Of a DNA stretch of 64,000 nt, positions 1-11,646 are shown in pieces. Under the pieces are notes generated by a model. The model was not told the origin of the DNA and searched no databases. It saw only the letters and a list, made by a program, of their open reading frames with translations. Origin of the DNA: Blastocladiella emersonii ATCC 22665. Taxonomy: Eukaryota > Fungi > Blastocladiomycota. The stretch lies in the NCBI GenBank assembly GCA_025594325.1, contig JANHCV010000001.1, positions 1,426,001 through 1,490,000 of the forward strand, given 5' to 3'. Made by a program: the position numbers and the translations under genes. The first letter of the stretch is position 1. Each line of letters begins with the position of its first letter.

Positions 1-1960
1 GAGGAGTGCGGCGTCCAGCTCGGCCAAGAGGTCGGGTACACGATCCGGTTCGAGGATTTGACGAGCGACAAGACCAAGATCCGGTGTACGTTATGCCTCG
101 CTTGGTCCCGCTTCGATTAACGCTGACTTCTCCTGCTTATCCATAGACATGACGGACGGTATCCTGCTGCGCGAGCTGCTCCTCGACAAGGACCTCGACA
201 AGTACTCGGCCATCATCATGGACGAGGCGCACGAGCGCGCGCTCAACACGGACGTGCTCATGGGCATCATCAAGCGCGTCGTGGCGCGGCGCCGCGATCT
301 CAAGCTGATTGTCACGTCGGCGACCATGGACGCGGAAAAGTTCAGCCGCTTCTTCGGCAACGTGCCGACCTTCGACATCCCCGGCCGCACGTTCCCCGTC
401 GACGTGCGCTTCTCCAAGTCGCCGTGCGAGGATTTCGTCGAGGCCGCCATCAAGCAGGCGCTCAACATCCACCTGACGCACCCGCCGGGCGACATCCTCA
501 TCTTCATGACGGGGCAGGAGGACATTGAGACGACGTGCGCGGTGCTCGAGGAGCGGCTCGCCGACATGCACAACCCGCCGGGCCTGCTCGTGCTGCCCAT
601 CTACTCGCAGATGCCCGCCAACCTGCAGGCCAAGATCTTCAACCCGAGCCCGCTGCGCAAGGTCGTCGTGGCCACCAACATTGCCGAGACGTCGCTGACC
701 ATCGACGGGATCCGGTACGTGATCGACACGGGGTTCTGCAAGCTCAAGTACTACAACGCCAAGATCGGCATGGACGCGCTGCAGGTGACGCCCATCTCGC
801 AGGCCAACGCCAACCAGCGGTCGGGCCGCGCCGGGCGCACGGGGCCCGGCATGTGCTACCGCATGTACACGGACTCGGCGTTCCACGACGAGCTGTACCC
901 AAACACGATCCCCGAGATCCAGCGGACCAACCTCGCCAACGTGGTGCTGCTGCTCAAGTCCATGGGCGTCGACAACCTGCTGCTGTTCGACTTCATGGAC
1001 CCGCCGCCGCAGGACGTGATCCTCAACTCCATGTACCAGCTGTGGATCCTCGGGTCGCTGTCCAACACGGGCGACATCACCGAGCTCGGGTCCAAGATGG
1101 TGGCCTTCCCGCTCGACCCGTCGCTCGCCAAGATGCTGCTCATGAGCCACACGCTCGGGTGCTCGCAGGAGATGGTGATCATCGTGTCGATGCTCAGCGT
1201 GCCGACCGTCTTCTCGCGGCCCAAGGAGCGCGCCGACGAGGCCGACGCGGCGCGCGAGCGCTTCTTCGTCGCCGAGTCGGACCACCTCACGCTGCTGCAC
1301 CTGTACCTGCAGTGGCAGGGCAACGGGAAACGCGCCAGCTGGTGCATCAAGAACTTTGTCCAGCCGCGCGCCATGACGCGCGCCGACGAGGTGCGCGCGC
1401 AGCTCACGGACATCCTCAAGTCGCACAGCATCCCGCTCGTGTCGTGCGGCAAGGACTGGGACGTGCTGCGCAAGTGCATCTGTTCGGCCTACTTCCACCA
1501 GGCCGCGCGCCTCAAGTCGATTGGCGAGTACGTGAACCTGCGGTCCGGCCTGCCGTGCCACCTGCACCCGACCTCGGCCCTCGCCGGCCTCGGGTACACG
1601 CCCAACTACATCGTGTACCACGAGCTCGTCCTGACATCCAAGGAGTACGTCAACTACGTGACGGCCGTCGACCCGCACTGGCTCGCCGAGCTCGGGCCCA
1701 TGTTCTTCTCGCTGCGCGACCGCGGGTTCGGGTTCCGCGAGAAGCGCCAGGCCGAGCGCATCGAGCAGGCCAACCTCGAGTGGGAGGCCAAGATCGCCGC
1801 CGAGCGCAAGGAGCTCGAGCGCAAGCTGCGGTACGCCGACGAGACACGGTCCGCGTCGCCCGGCGCGGGACGGCGCGGCGGCGGCGGCGGCAACTGCGGG
1901 GGTGCGCGCGGCCAGCAGATTGTCGAGATCGGCAAGGCCATCAAGAAGCGCCGGCGTTGA
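1..1960 (+). CDS. PRP16: DEAH-box splicing helicase Prp16/DHX38, 5'-truncated by window edge; intron 86-146
   Basis: Motifs [30 protein letters not shown] and C-terminal [14 protein letters not shown] typical of Prp16. GT-AG intron 86-146 joins IR-Y-MTDG in frame. Confidence 0.92.
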
Positions 1961-2010
1961 GTGAGAGAATACACAAAATATCATCCATTTCGAAACCCTC
2001 GCTCATTCAT

Positions 2011-4314
2011 TCATTCGTCGTCCATGACCGCGTCGCCGTCCGCATCTGTCGCGGACTCGGGCTCATGCGTCGGCGTGCTACCAGTCCGTGCGCCGCCAAA
2101 CAGCGAGAACAGGGACTTGACGCTTGACACTGCGCTCGACAGGAAGCCGGGGCTCGACGAGGTGGGTTCCGCGGGTCGCGGCGTCTTGTCGTCGGACGCG
2201 TCGGCCTTGGGCGGCGCGCGTGTCGCCGACCCACGCCGCCGCGCGGGCGTCGCCGGGACAAACTGCGACTGGTCCTGGTCGTTGCCGCGGGTACCGCTGT
2301 TGCGCGACTTGGAGGACGAGGCGCCCTCGTCCGAGCCCTTGCTGCGGCGGTGCCGCTTGCCCTTGAGCGGCGAGCCCTCGGACGCCCCGTTGGCATCCGC
2401 CGCCGCAGCAGTAGCCGACTCATCGTCGTCGTCGCGGGGCAGAACCGTCTCGGCAGCGGGGTCCCCGCGGTCGGGCGACGGGTCGAAGAGCGTGTGGAGG
2501 AACGACTTGCCCTGGGCGGCGGTGATCTCGTCGGTGGGCGAGTTGGGCGAGAAGGTGGGCTTGGGCGGGCCGAGGATCAGGCGCGTGTTGGCGACGCTCT
2601 CCGGGTGCACGGCCATCTCCTTGACCTTGTACTTGTCAAGCGACTCGACCATGCGGCGCCAGTGCGTGCGGTCGATCTTGCCAGACAGCCGGCGGTGCCG
2701 CGTGTCCTCGGCCGCCTTGCGGTCGTAGTCGACGGGCGACCACGTTACCGCGACGTGTTTGTGCTCGGCAAACGTCACGCTGCGCGGCGTCTTGGCCCGC
2801 GCCCCGCTCCACGGCGCCGAACGGTGCGGCATTGTTGTCTGCGGCGTCACGGCCATGCGCGGGTGACGGAACGGCGCGTGCTGCGGCGTCGCGGCTGTCA
2901 CGCCAACGGTCGGGACCACGGTGGCGGCGGCGGCGGGCTGGGCGGAAGCGGCAGTCGGCGTCGCGGTCGGGGTGATGGCGACACCGTGCTCGTCCTTGGG
3001 CGGCGAGCCCGCCATGGACGCGCGGCTGCGGCGGATCGGCGTCGAGAGCTCCTCCTCCTCGTCGTCGGTGGCCGCGGGCTCGTCGCTGGTCACGACGGTC
3101 GAGGGAGTGGGCGACGAGGAAGCCGGGGGATCCGAAGACGATGTGGCGGGCTCGAGCTCCGACCCGGACTCAGCGACGGGCGCGACATCCACATCCACGT
3201 CCATGTCGTCGTCGGCGGGGTCCTCGTGATCCTCGGACCCGCTCGAGTCATCGACGACGACGAGCTCGGCGGCCCGCCTTGCCGCGCCGGGCGAGAAGAC
3301 CGGAGGCGGCGAAGCGGCCTCGGAAACAGCGGCGGTTGGCTCAGGCGACTCGGGCTCGGGCTGCGGCTGCGGCTCGGGCGCAGGGAGCGGGTACTTGCGC
3401 GGCCGACCGGGCCCGCGCTTCTTGGGCGCCTCCTCGACGGCGGCAGCGACCGCGGACGCGGGCGGAGACGCAGGAGCGGGAGCGGGAGCGGGAGCAGGAA
3501 GCGCAGCGGGGGCGGGAGGAGAGATTTTGCGCGGACGGCCGGACCTGCACTTCGTGGGCGGCTCCTCGACGGCGGCAGCGACCTCGGGCACAGCCGGAGC
3601 TGCGGGCGTGGGAGGAGAAGAGGGGAGTGGGTGCTTGCGCGGGCGTCCCGGACCGCGCTTCTGGGGCACAGCGTCGCCCGCGGTCGCGGCTGCGGGTTCC
3701 GGGAGCGGGTGTTTACGCGGGCGGCCGGGCCCGCGCTTGATCGGGGCAGGCGGCGCGGCAGTTGGTGCAGGCGCAGCAGGCGCGGGTGCGGGAAGCGGGT
3801 GCTTGCGCGGGCGGCCGGGCCCACGTTTGACAGGGGACGCCAGCGGGTTCTTGCGCGGGCGACCGGGTCCGCGCTTGACGGGTGCCGGTTCAGGGGCAGC
3901 GGGCGGCGGGGGTACGGGTTGCGCGGCGGGCGCCGCGCGGCGCGGGCTGGCCTTGACCACGACGCGAGGCACGCGTAGCGCGGACGGCTGCTGCGAGGGC
4001 GCGGGCGGGGGCGGGGTAGGCGAGGACTTGCCGTTGGTGCTCAGCTTGATCCGCTTGGACCGGCGCAGACCGGCCTCGCCGTCGTCCCCGTCGCCGCCAT
4101 CCGCGTCGCGCGCCGAGTCGTCGCCGTTCCCGTCCGACACCTTGGAAGGTCGCGTGCGCTTCAGCGGGCCGCGCGTTGCGGGCGGTTGCGGCGCATTCAT
4201 CGATCCCGACGACGAGGACGAGGATGAGGACGGCGCGGCGGGCGGCGGCGATGCAGCACGCGTCTTCGAGTGCCGAGTCGAACGCCGCGGCGTTTGCATC
4301 GAGTCGTGCTTCAT
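2011..4314 (-). CDS. Disordered Pro/Ala/Ser-rich protein with six AT-hooks and a C-terminal PP1-binding (RVxF...YDR...EMxVH) module
   Basis: 767-aa single-exon ORF with GC3 bias. 5x KRGPGRPRK plus 1x KCRSGRPRK. RSVTF...TWSPVDYDR...EMAVHPESVANTRL. Confidence 0.75.
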   Translation of the reverse strand: MKHDSMQTPRRSTRHSKTRAASPPPAAPSSSSSSSSGSMNAPQPPATRGPLKRTRPSKVSDGNGDDSARDADGGDGDDGEAGLRRSKRIKLSTNGKSSPTPPPPAPSQQPSALRVPRVVVKASPRRAAPAAQPVPPPPAAPEPAPVKRGPGRPRKNPLASPVKRGPGRPRKHPLPAPAPAAPAPTAAPPAPIKRGPGRPRKHPLPEPAAATAGDAVPQKRGPGRPRKHPLPSSPPTPAAPAVPEVAAAVEEPPTKCRSGRPRKISPPAPAALPAPAPAPAPASPPASAVAAAVEEAPKKRGPGRPRKYPLPAPEPQPQPEPESPEPTAAVSEAASPPPVFSPGAARRAAELVVVDDSSGSEDHEDPADDDMDVDVDVAPVAESGSELEPATSSSDPPASSSPTPSTVVTSDEPAATDDEEEELSTPIRRSRASMAGSPPKDEHGVAITPTATPTAASAQPAAAATVVPTVGVTAATPQHAPFRHPRMAVTPQTTMPHRSAPWSGARAKTPRSVTFAEHKHVAVTWSPVDYDRKAAEDTRHRRLSGKIDRTHWRRMVESLDKYKVKEMAVHPESVANTRLILGPPKPTFSPNSPTDEITAAQGKSFLHTLFDPSPDRGDPAAETVLPRDDDDESATAAAADANGASEGSPLKGKRHRRSKGSDEGASSSKSRNSGTRGNDQDQSQFVPATPARRRGSATRAPPKADASDDKTPRPAEPTSSSPGFLSSAVSSVKSLFSLFGGARTGSTPTHEPESATDADGDAVMDDE

Positions 4315-4964
4315 GAAAAGTGTGGGGATGTGCGAAGGGGGAGAGAGCGGACGGGGCGGCGGGAACGCGCGACTTCGACCCGCCCGTCCCGCGGACGTGT
4401 GAAGCCCCTCGCAGCAGACTCACTGACAAGCGATTGCTCTGCAGAACGCGTTGCCCGAGACGACTTGTCCTCGTTGTATAAACTCGAAAGTTGCTCACGA
4501 TGCTTCAGTCACGTCGCTGTGACTTGCGGATGTGATCGAACGGGCGATCTGCGCCCCGAACCGTTCGAGAGACGGCCTGGCGAAGAGCCCTTGTCGACGT
4601 CGAGTCAACATGGGCGGGTACATCGACACGGAACCCGTTGGAGCTTGGCCGCATCACGCTTGTGCCACAGAGATCCCCATCGCGAGCGGACCAAGCCGGG
4701 ACAAGGCCGGACCACTCTCGCTGTCCGCTTCGAGGAGGGCGGGCTCCAAGCCCTCCGCACGTCAGTAGCGCTTCCGCTCCGCTCCACTAGCACGATAACC
4801 GGGTGCGGTAGCTGGGACCAGATGGCGGCAGCCGAGCTCGGCGAGGTGGACCGTGCGGGGCGGCCGCGTGGCGCGACGCGTCCCCAAACTGTCTCGAGCA
4901 CACGTGATTGTTCGACGCGTCGCGAGAAGGCTCCCACCTTGCACCGCTGGTTGTGCTTTTAACC

Positions 4965-7023
4965 ATGGTTATCTTTCTCTTGAGCTCGCACTCCATCAGC
5001 ATCATCCGTGCGTACCGTGCGGCCTGTCGACCACGAAGTTCACTCACTTCGCACATCGCATCGATAGCCGTCTACCTTGCCATTCTTCGGACGTTACGCA
5101 ACGCTTCCAACAAGCTCGAGCAGGCGCCCACTGGAGAGGGTGCAGGAAATCGCTCAACACCGCAGGCGACCAGTGCTGAGGCCGATCCAGTTAGTCCCAT
5201 CAAGCAGGCTACGACTGTGACGGGCTCCAATGAAGCTTTGGCCATCGACCGTCCAGAAGCGCGTACGCATACGTCGCTCAACCGCTCCTCCGTTCGTCGT
5301 GGACAACCTTTAACCGCTAACCGTCGACCTGATAGAATCGAGCGGGTTCCTTGGCGCCGCTTCGCGTACCACCGATAACCTGAACCCATCGGCGGGCATC
5401 TGTCGCTGCACCCGCGCCTCGAACCAACCTGCACGAGCTGTACGCGGCGCATGCGCCTGTCGATGCAATCGTGACGCACAACTTCTACCAGGGTGAATAT
5501 CTCTACGGCATTCCCGTCACGCTGGTGCGTGCCTTCGATCGGCTTGCGCAACAAGAGACTAGCTGATTCCTTGCTCATGTGTCTAGCCGCCCGATTTGCA
5601 TTGAGCACCCGCTGCAACCAGCACCGAGCGTGCGCAAGCGCGTGTTCAAAAAATGACGACCAACCAGCGTACCGCCTACGACGAAAGCCGCCGTCTCGCG
5701 CAGGCCGACCGCCGTGCGACTGAGCGCAAGCGCGTTGAGGCCGACAAGACCGCCGCGGCTGCGGCCGCCAATGCCCGCTACCTCGCCCCCGAAACAGCCG
5801 ACGACCTCGTCACCAACCCGCGCATCACCATGATCTCGCCCGACGACAACAAGCGCTGCACCTGCGGCTTCCGCGAGGCGCGCAAGGACAAGACGACGCG
5901 CGCCGGCCACGCGTGCATCGTGACGGGCATGATGTTCATTGGCGCCGACATGGTCCGCGTCGCCATCGACGACTTCCCGTGGGCCGCCATGGACCGCGTC
6001 CTCCAGTTCCCGTCCGACATCCCCGACGCGCTCAAGCAGCAGGACGAGATCGCCGACCTGCCGTGTCCTGACGGGATGGAGCTGACGTCGTTTGCGCTCT
6101 CCCGTCACGGCATGGTGCGCGACGCTGACGGCAAGATCATCGCCGGCTACCTTTGCCGCGACGCGTACGACACTCTCGCCAAGATCAAGGAGGAGCTCAA
6201 GTCGTCGCGCGCGTCGTCCAAGGGCAAGAAGCTCCGCCCGCCCAAGGATGCCCTCGCCGACTACTTCCTCATCGGGTCCTTCGAGGTGCTCGACTCGCTG
6301 TCCGTGTTCGAGCGGCTCGCCATCGCGCTCACCTACGTCTCGGGCGTCATCTCGGTCGTCTCGGGCGGCGCTGGCCAGGCGCTGCGGTCGCACTTCCTGC
6401 TGTGGGACGGCTCCGAGGGCCCGATCTTCGGCGGCGTGCTGCCCAACGTCGCGAACCTGCGCGACTTCCAGGTGATCATCACCACGCCGCTCTCGGACAA
6501 GCAGCGGGTGGCGCACAAGCGCCACATCGAGTGCAACGTCGACAAGGTCGTGGCGGCCGTGCGTCTGCTGCTCAAGCACTACCACCTGTACAAGAAGTTC
6601 GTCACGGAGCTCTCGGACGAGAACTGCGCCGCCCTCAAGCAGCGCGCCGCCATGGCCGAGGTCGACGTGACCGAGTTCAAGGACGACGAGTTGCGCGAGC
6701 TCCTCAAGCAGTGTTGCACCGCGTCGGCTCCAACGTCACACACACGAGTAGCTCACGCGCAAGCACACGACCAAGAGTTCCCTGTCTTTCCATTCATAAA
6801 TCCTGCAGTTCCGAAGTATCTATCTAGCGTTCATCCTGAGTGCGTGTTGCAGCGAGCCGCTGCCGGCGCGAGGGCGCCTCGGGCAGAGCCCCGCACAGTG
6901 GTCACCCGGCACGGAGTGCTGGGTGGGTGTACTGGCAATCGGTCATATCGAGTTTTAGGAAGGGTTCCGCGTTTACCTTTAGAAGGCATCGGAGCGGATC
7001 GCGTCCAGCGCAACGCCTGCTAA
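4965..7023 (+). mobile_element. Degenerate Helitron-type gene (DUF6570-like N-terminal region); no Rep or PIF1 helicase domain visible
   Basis: ORF 5653-7023 contains PPKDALADYFLIG..LDSLSVFERLAIA..GQALRSH..VLP..IECNVDKVVAAVRLLLKHYHLYKKF, matching the DUF6570 pattern as recalled. Four host-consensus introns (5008-5067, 5263-5335, 5440-5491, 5525-5586) join upstream exons in frame from ATG 4965, broken by TGA 5602-5604. Codon bias collapses after about 6715. Confidence 0.62.
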
Positions 7024-7709
7024 AGGGTCACGCGGACGTGAGCGACGCGCCCCTTTCGGCGCGGCGACCCAGCTCACGTGACACGACTTAGCTGCATGAA
7101 TTCAAGATGTATCGGAAACATTTTTCTGAGGGCAGATTCGTGATCAGCGACCTTCAGAGGCCCGGAATATGTGAAAATCTCGAAGTCGAGGTGGCCGGGT
7201 ACCGAGAACTCGTCCGACCGTGCGAAGTTGAAAAAAACTTTCGGTTTGGTCGCTCGGACGAAAAACGCACTTAAGACTTAGCTTCCTGAATTGGGTGACA
7301 TGTGCAACCCGGCTCAAATTGCACACGCGACTCAGATATGTCGATTGAGCAAGTTTAGTGGTGGTCCCGCAATTATTGGATTTAATCTGCGGGGTGTGGG
7401 AGGGTCGACGACTTAGTGCTCTAATTCGCCTCTGACCCACGGCTCTGGGCTCGTACCTCTCACTTTTATCAGGTAACTTACGCTGCGATCACTCCTAATC
7501 ACTCCCTGGTCCAGCGGCCACGGACCACCGTGGCCTTGGCTTTGATCGCTACTCTAGCCTGAACGGGGCGCGCGCATCGACACTGGTCAAGCGGCTCCGA
7601 TCCCAGTGATGCACCGCCAAGCACATGCGACCGATAAATGGAGCCTCAAGAGTTGGACGAGTGGGCGGACAAAGAAAGTGTTCATGTATTCGTCGTCAAC
7701 GCGCGTCGA

Positions 7710-10460
7710 TCACACCTGCTCGAGAAGCTGGTCGAGCGCCGCGCGGTTGCGGAACGTGCGCGTCGACGTGGCAATGTACTTGGCCACGGCGTCGCGCTGT
7801 ACCCGTGCAATCGAGCGAAGACAGTCGAGTGCCGCATCCTATACATGTCGCGCTGGAGCGTCAGTGAAGCCGTTGGCGACAAGCCCTGTCGTTCACGTAC
7901 CCGCACCGCGACGTTGGGATCATCGACGTGGATCGTGACGCCCGTGACGATGGCCTCGTGGTGCACCGCGTCCGCCGCGCCCTCCTCGCCCGCGGGCTTC
8001 GCGAGCGGCGCCACGTTCGCGTACATGGCGCCGATCGCGCCGGCGGCCGCAATCCGGATCGCGTCCTGCGTGTCGTCGAGCCGCTTGAGGAGCTCCGGGT
8101 ACACGGCCTTGGCGTGCTCGGACGACCAGTCCTTGCCCGTTTGCTCGGCGACGAGGCGGATAATGGCGATGGCCGTGGTGCGCGTCGCGACGCCGATGCC
8201 GCCGGGCGCGTCGTCGTCGAGGCAGTTGGCGGCCGAGACGAGCACGTCGGTCAGCGCGCTCGGCTCGGGGTGCGCGAACGCCGAGGGGTCGCCGACGTGC
8301 GAGACACCGGCGCGCGTTGCCGCGGGCGTGCGGTGCAGGCCGTCGGGGACCACGGCAATGAGGAGCGGGAGGAGACGCAGGACGAGCGGCGCGATCTCGG
8401 CGCGCACGGCCATGGCTTTCCGGCCGCTGCGCCACTCGAGGTGCGACATGAGGAACGGCCACGACGCGAGGGCGAACGACGACGGGATCTCCTCGGTGGA
8501 CCGAGCGCGAAGACCCTGCAGCGCACGGATCAGGGCCTCCTCGTCCTTTTGCACCTTGGCGAGCACGGGCAGGAGGTGCGGGGAGAAGACGCTGGCGGAT
8601 GGCGCGTGCGCAATGAACTTGCACAGGAGTTGCAGGCCGGGCGTGAGCGAGGCGACGGGGCGCGTGGTGAGCACCTCGAGCAGACGCGGCGACGCCTCGA
8701 AGAGGACGGGGCCGCCGGCCTGGAGCGCGGCATTGACGGCGGGGAGGTCGCCGAGGTGCAGCCCGACGGTCAGGACCGCGACCGTGTCAATGGCGGCAGC
8801 CGTCTCGGGGTTGGCGGTGAGGCGGCCGAGGAAGTGCAGGTACACGGCGGCCACGTCCTCGCTGGTCGACGCGGTCGGGTCCGTGTCCAGGTAGTCGGCG
8901 AGCTCGCGCAGGATCATGTCGAGGTGCGCGGGCTGCAGCGGCGCGTCCTGGATCGCGTGGGTGAAGAAGCGGAGGTAGGACGGGCCGCGGATGTGCTGCA
9001 GCGTCAGGGTGAGGATCAGGTCGGGGCTGACGAGGCTTCCGATGAGGCGAGCGGTGCCGAGAATCTACAAGCGAACGAGTCAGCTCTGCAAAACGCGCGC
9101 GATTCCACCGCGAGAGCACCATTGGCGCAAACGTGTCGGTAACGGTCTTGACCATGGCCGGGACGAGCTTGCCGAGGTATCCGCTGATGTGGTCTTGGGC
9201 GTGCGGCACGAGCTGCTGGAGCGTGATGGCGGCGACCTCGCGGACGGCCGCGTTCCAATCGCCCATGGCCTCGGCAATCGCGTCGGTCATCTTGAGCATG
9301 TTCTCGCGCACGAGGGTGCGGAACCCGAGTAGCTCGCGCTCGGCGGGGGTGGCGTAGTCGAGGCGGTCCTTGATGCGGTCGGTCCACTCGCGCTCGTACA
9401 GGGCCGAGACCTCGGCGATGCCGTCGCGGCACATGGCCCGGAGCTCGGCCACGTCATCGCCGAGACCGCGGAGCAGGACCGAGACGAACAGGTCGGCGAA
9501 TGAGTAGCGGTCCGTGAGGTGGACCTGCCAGTGGATGCACTCCTTGTATAGCTGGCGGCGCACGCTGGTGACCGAGTCCATGGCGAGCTTCTTGATGGCG
9601 GGCCACGTGTTGCGCAGCGTGCCGGCGTCGGCCATGATGGCGGCGCCCATGGCCTGCAGCGCGACAGTGCGCACGGCAGCGTGGCGGAAGCCGAGCGCCG
9701 GCGTCAGGTTCTTGATGAGCTTCTCGGCGTGCAGGCGGAACTGCTCGGGGCACCGGCGCGCGAGGTGCACGACGATCAGGCACGCCTCCTTGCGCACGTC
9801 CGGGAACGAGTCGGCGACGGCCACGTTGAGCAGGGCGCACGCGTCCTGCACGATGAAAGTCGGGTCGACCTCGCACCGCGAGATGGTGAGGCCGAGGAGC
9901 TTGATGAGCTGCAGGCGGATTTCCTCGGACGGTTCGGGCGCCGACTCGCTCGTGAAGCGGTCGACGAGTGGTGGGATCAGGTCGGGCAGGAACGAGTCGA
10001 CCTGGACTACTTCCAGAGCGCTACACGAGTTGGCAGGGATATCAGTGGGGGATGTGGACGGGTTGAAGCGGAGGAACGCACCGAGTGAGAAGGTCGGCAG
10101 TCACCTCGCGGACCTTCTCGACGGGGTCGACAAAGGCGCGCACGAGGACGGGCGCGAGGACGCGGAGGACGGGCGTGAGGACGGCCACGCTGCGGCTCTT
10201 GATGAGCGGCAGCACGACCTCCTTCTTGATGTGGTCGAGGGTGCGCAGCTTGGCCCAGCGGTCGCTGGACGGATCGCTCAGGATGTTGACGTGGCGTTGC
10301 AGGTCCTGGGTGTTTGGGAGGTCGTGAGCGCTCACGATCTACTGCTGTCAAGGCCACGAGCGACCAGTACCTGGACGATCTGCGTGGCCAGGTCCGCGTC
10401 GCTCCTCGCGGGGACGACCTCGGCGGCGGGCGATGCATGTTTTGTGCTTGATGTCACCAT
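7710..10460 (-). CDS. DNAAF5: Dynein axonemal assembly factor 5 (HEATR2), multi-exon HEAT-repeat protein
   Basis: Spliced segments DLQRHVNILSD..., VDPVEKVREV, EPSEEIRLQL, DSFPDVRKEAC, LTDRYSF...DDVAELR and DWNAAVR match DNAAF5. Last exon ends ...ALDQLLEQV-TGA at 7710-7712. Confidence 0.88.
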
Positions 10461-10996
10461 TCGTGCAAGCTCAGTGCAACGGGTTTCGTGGTGGCACGCG
10501 TGCGGCCAGAGCGTGGGGACAGCTGGTGCCGGAGGGAGGGCGGGAAGCGGGGCGGAGACGCGACGGAGACACGCGCGTCTCTGCGGCGATCCGATTTTAT
10601 CTCGCGGCGCGCTATCACGTGTGCCCAGCCGACCCGAGGTTGGCCACTCACGATCGCTCGCCGCCACGAAGGCCCGCGAGCGATGCAAAGTCGACCCTAC
10701 GCATCTCCGTCAACGTGAGTACATGAATCACATGCTGCAAACCGCCCACGGTCTCGGCGGCTATCACCGGGAGCGCGCGGCGGACGAATCGCCGGACCAC
10801 GCGCTCGCTTCGATCGCCTCGGGCCTACCTCAACATTCCCGAAGTGGCTGCCTCCTGGGTTTCTGCTACCTTAGGATGCATGAAGCGGTCTGAAGCGTCC
10901 GGCGAGCGCGTGGAATCCTGGCAATCGCGTGAACCATGGATGCACAGCGGCTGACGTCTGCGTCTCCTCCCCGGACCCCGCCGTAGTGTGTCCACC

Positions 10997-11330
10997 ATGG
11001 TCTTTGCCGCTCTCCGCACCGCGACTATTCGCGCCCCCTACATTGTGGCCGGCTTTGCGATCGGCGGCGCCGGTACGCTCGGTTCTGTGGGTGACCGCGC
11101 GGGCCCAGTCGACTGACCGCGTTCGCACCTCCCGACCAGGCATCGGCATCGCGCTGTTCAAGGACCCCATCCGCCGCGTCCTCGGCGTCGAGACGGTCGT
11201 GCCCGTGCCACTGACCTACCCGAGTATGCCGTTCGTCGCGCCCGAGACGACCCGAGCTCTACTGACCGCGACCTCGCCGTGTCTAGTGCCCCAGCGCGCG
11301 CGCAACCCGCCCAAGGGCTACGAGGACTAG
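10997..11330 (+). CDS. NDUFA3: NADH:ubiquinone oxidoreductase 9.5 kDa subunit (fungal NI9M / NDUFA3-like), 67 aa, 3 exons
   Basis: Exons 10997-11072, 11140-11223 and 11287-11330 give MVFAALRTATIRAPYIVAGFAIGGAGIGIALFKDPIRRVLGVETVVPVPLTYPMPQRARNPPKGYED. The TM helix and PLTYPxPxxxRxxPxGYED tail are characteristic. Confidence 0.82.
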
Positions 11331-11646
11331 AGGCCTCGCACCGCTCCCTCCTCAACCCTCCCGTCCTGTCGTTTCCGCCCGCCTGCTCGCCCCCAGTCTG
11401 CAATAAATTGATGATCCCCTGCCATCGCATTGCGCTCGCTCGCTCGTCAACTTCTCCCCCCCCCCCCCCTGACGACCATCGGCGCCGCGAGATCGAGGTA
11501 CTTGAGGAGCACGAAGCACCTCACCACCGCGTTCGCAAGAGAGGGACTGAGCAGGTTTAATGAACGAAACGGATGATTATTAGATACACTGCTGAACAAC
11601 AACTCGCTCACGACGCCGCGCCGGGTATCGGGGTCACCCGCGCCGA

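Noticed and set aside
137-1984. Long antisense and alternate-frame ORFs (also 27627-29633, 35966-38707, 38912-41686, 45962-48523 and many others)
   Set aside because: Shadows of GC3-biased real genes: Arg/Gly/Ala-rich, no motifs, and fully overlapping recognisable CDSs.
7516-7557. Hairpin plus CTAG as a definite Helitron 3' terminus
   Set aside because: Spacing is 18 nt and the next base is C, not the T of an A^T target site. No 5' TC end was identified. Kept only as tentative.
10820-10895. U14-like words (CAACATTC, CCTTAGGATG, CTGA)
   Set aside because: No box C, the guide has an extra base relative to the 18S complement, and spacing to the D box is wrong.
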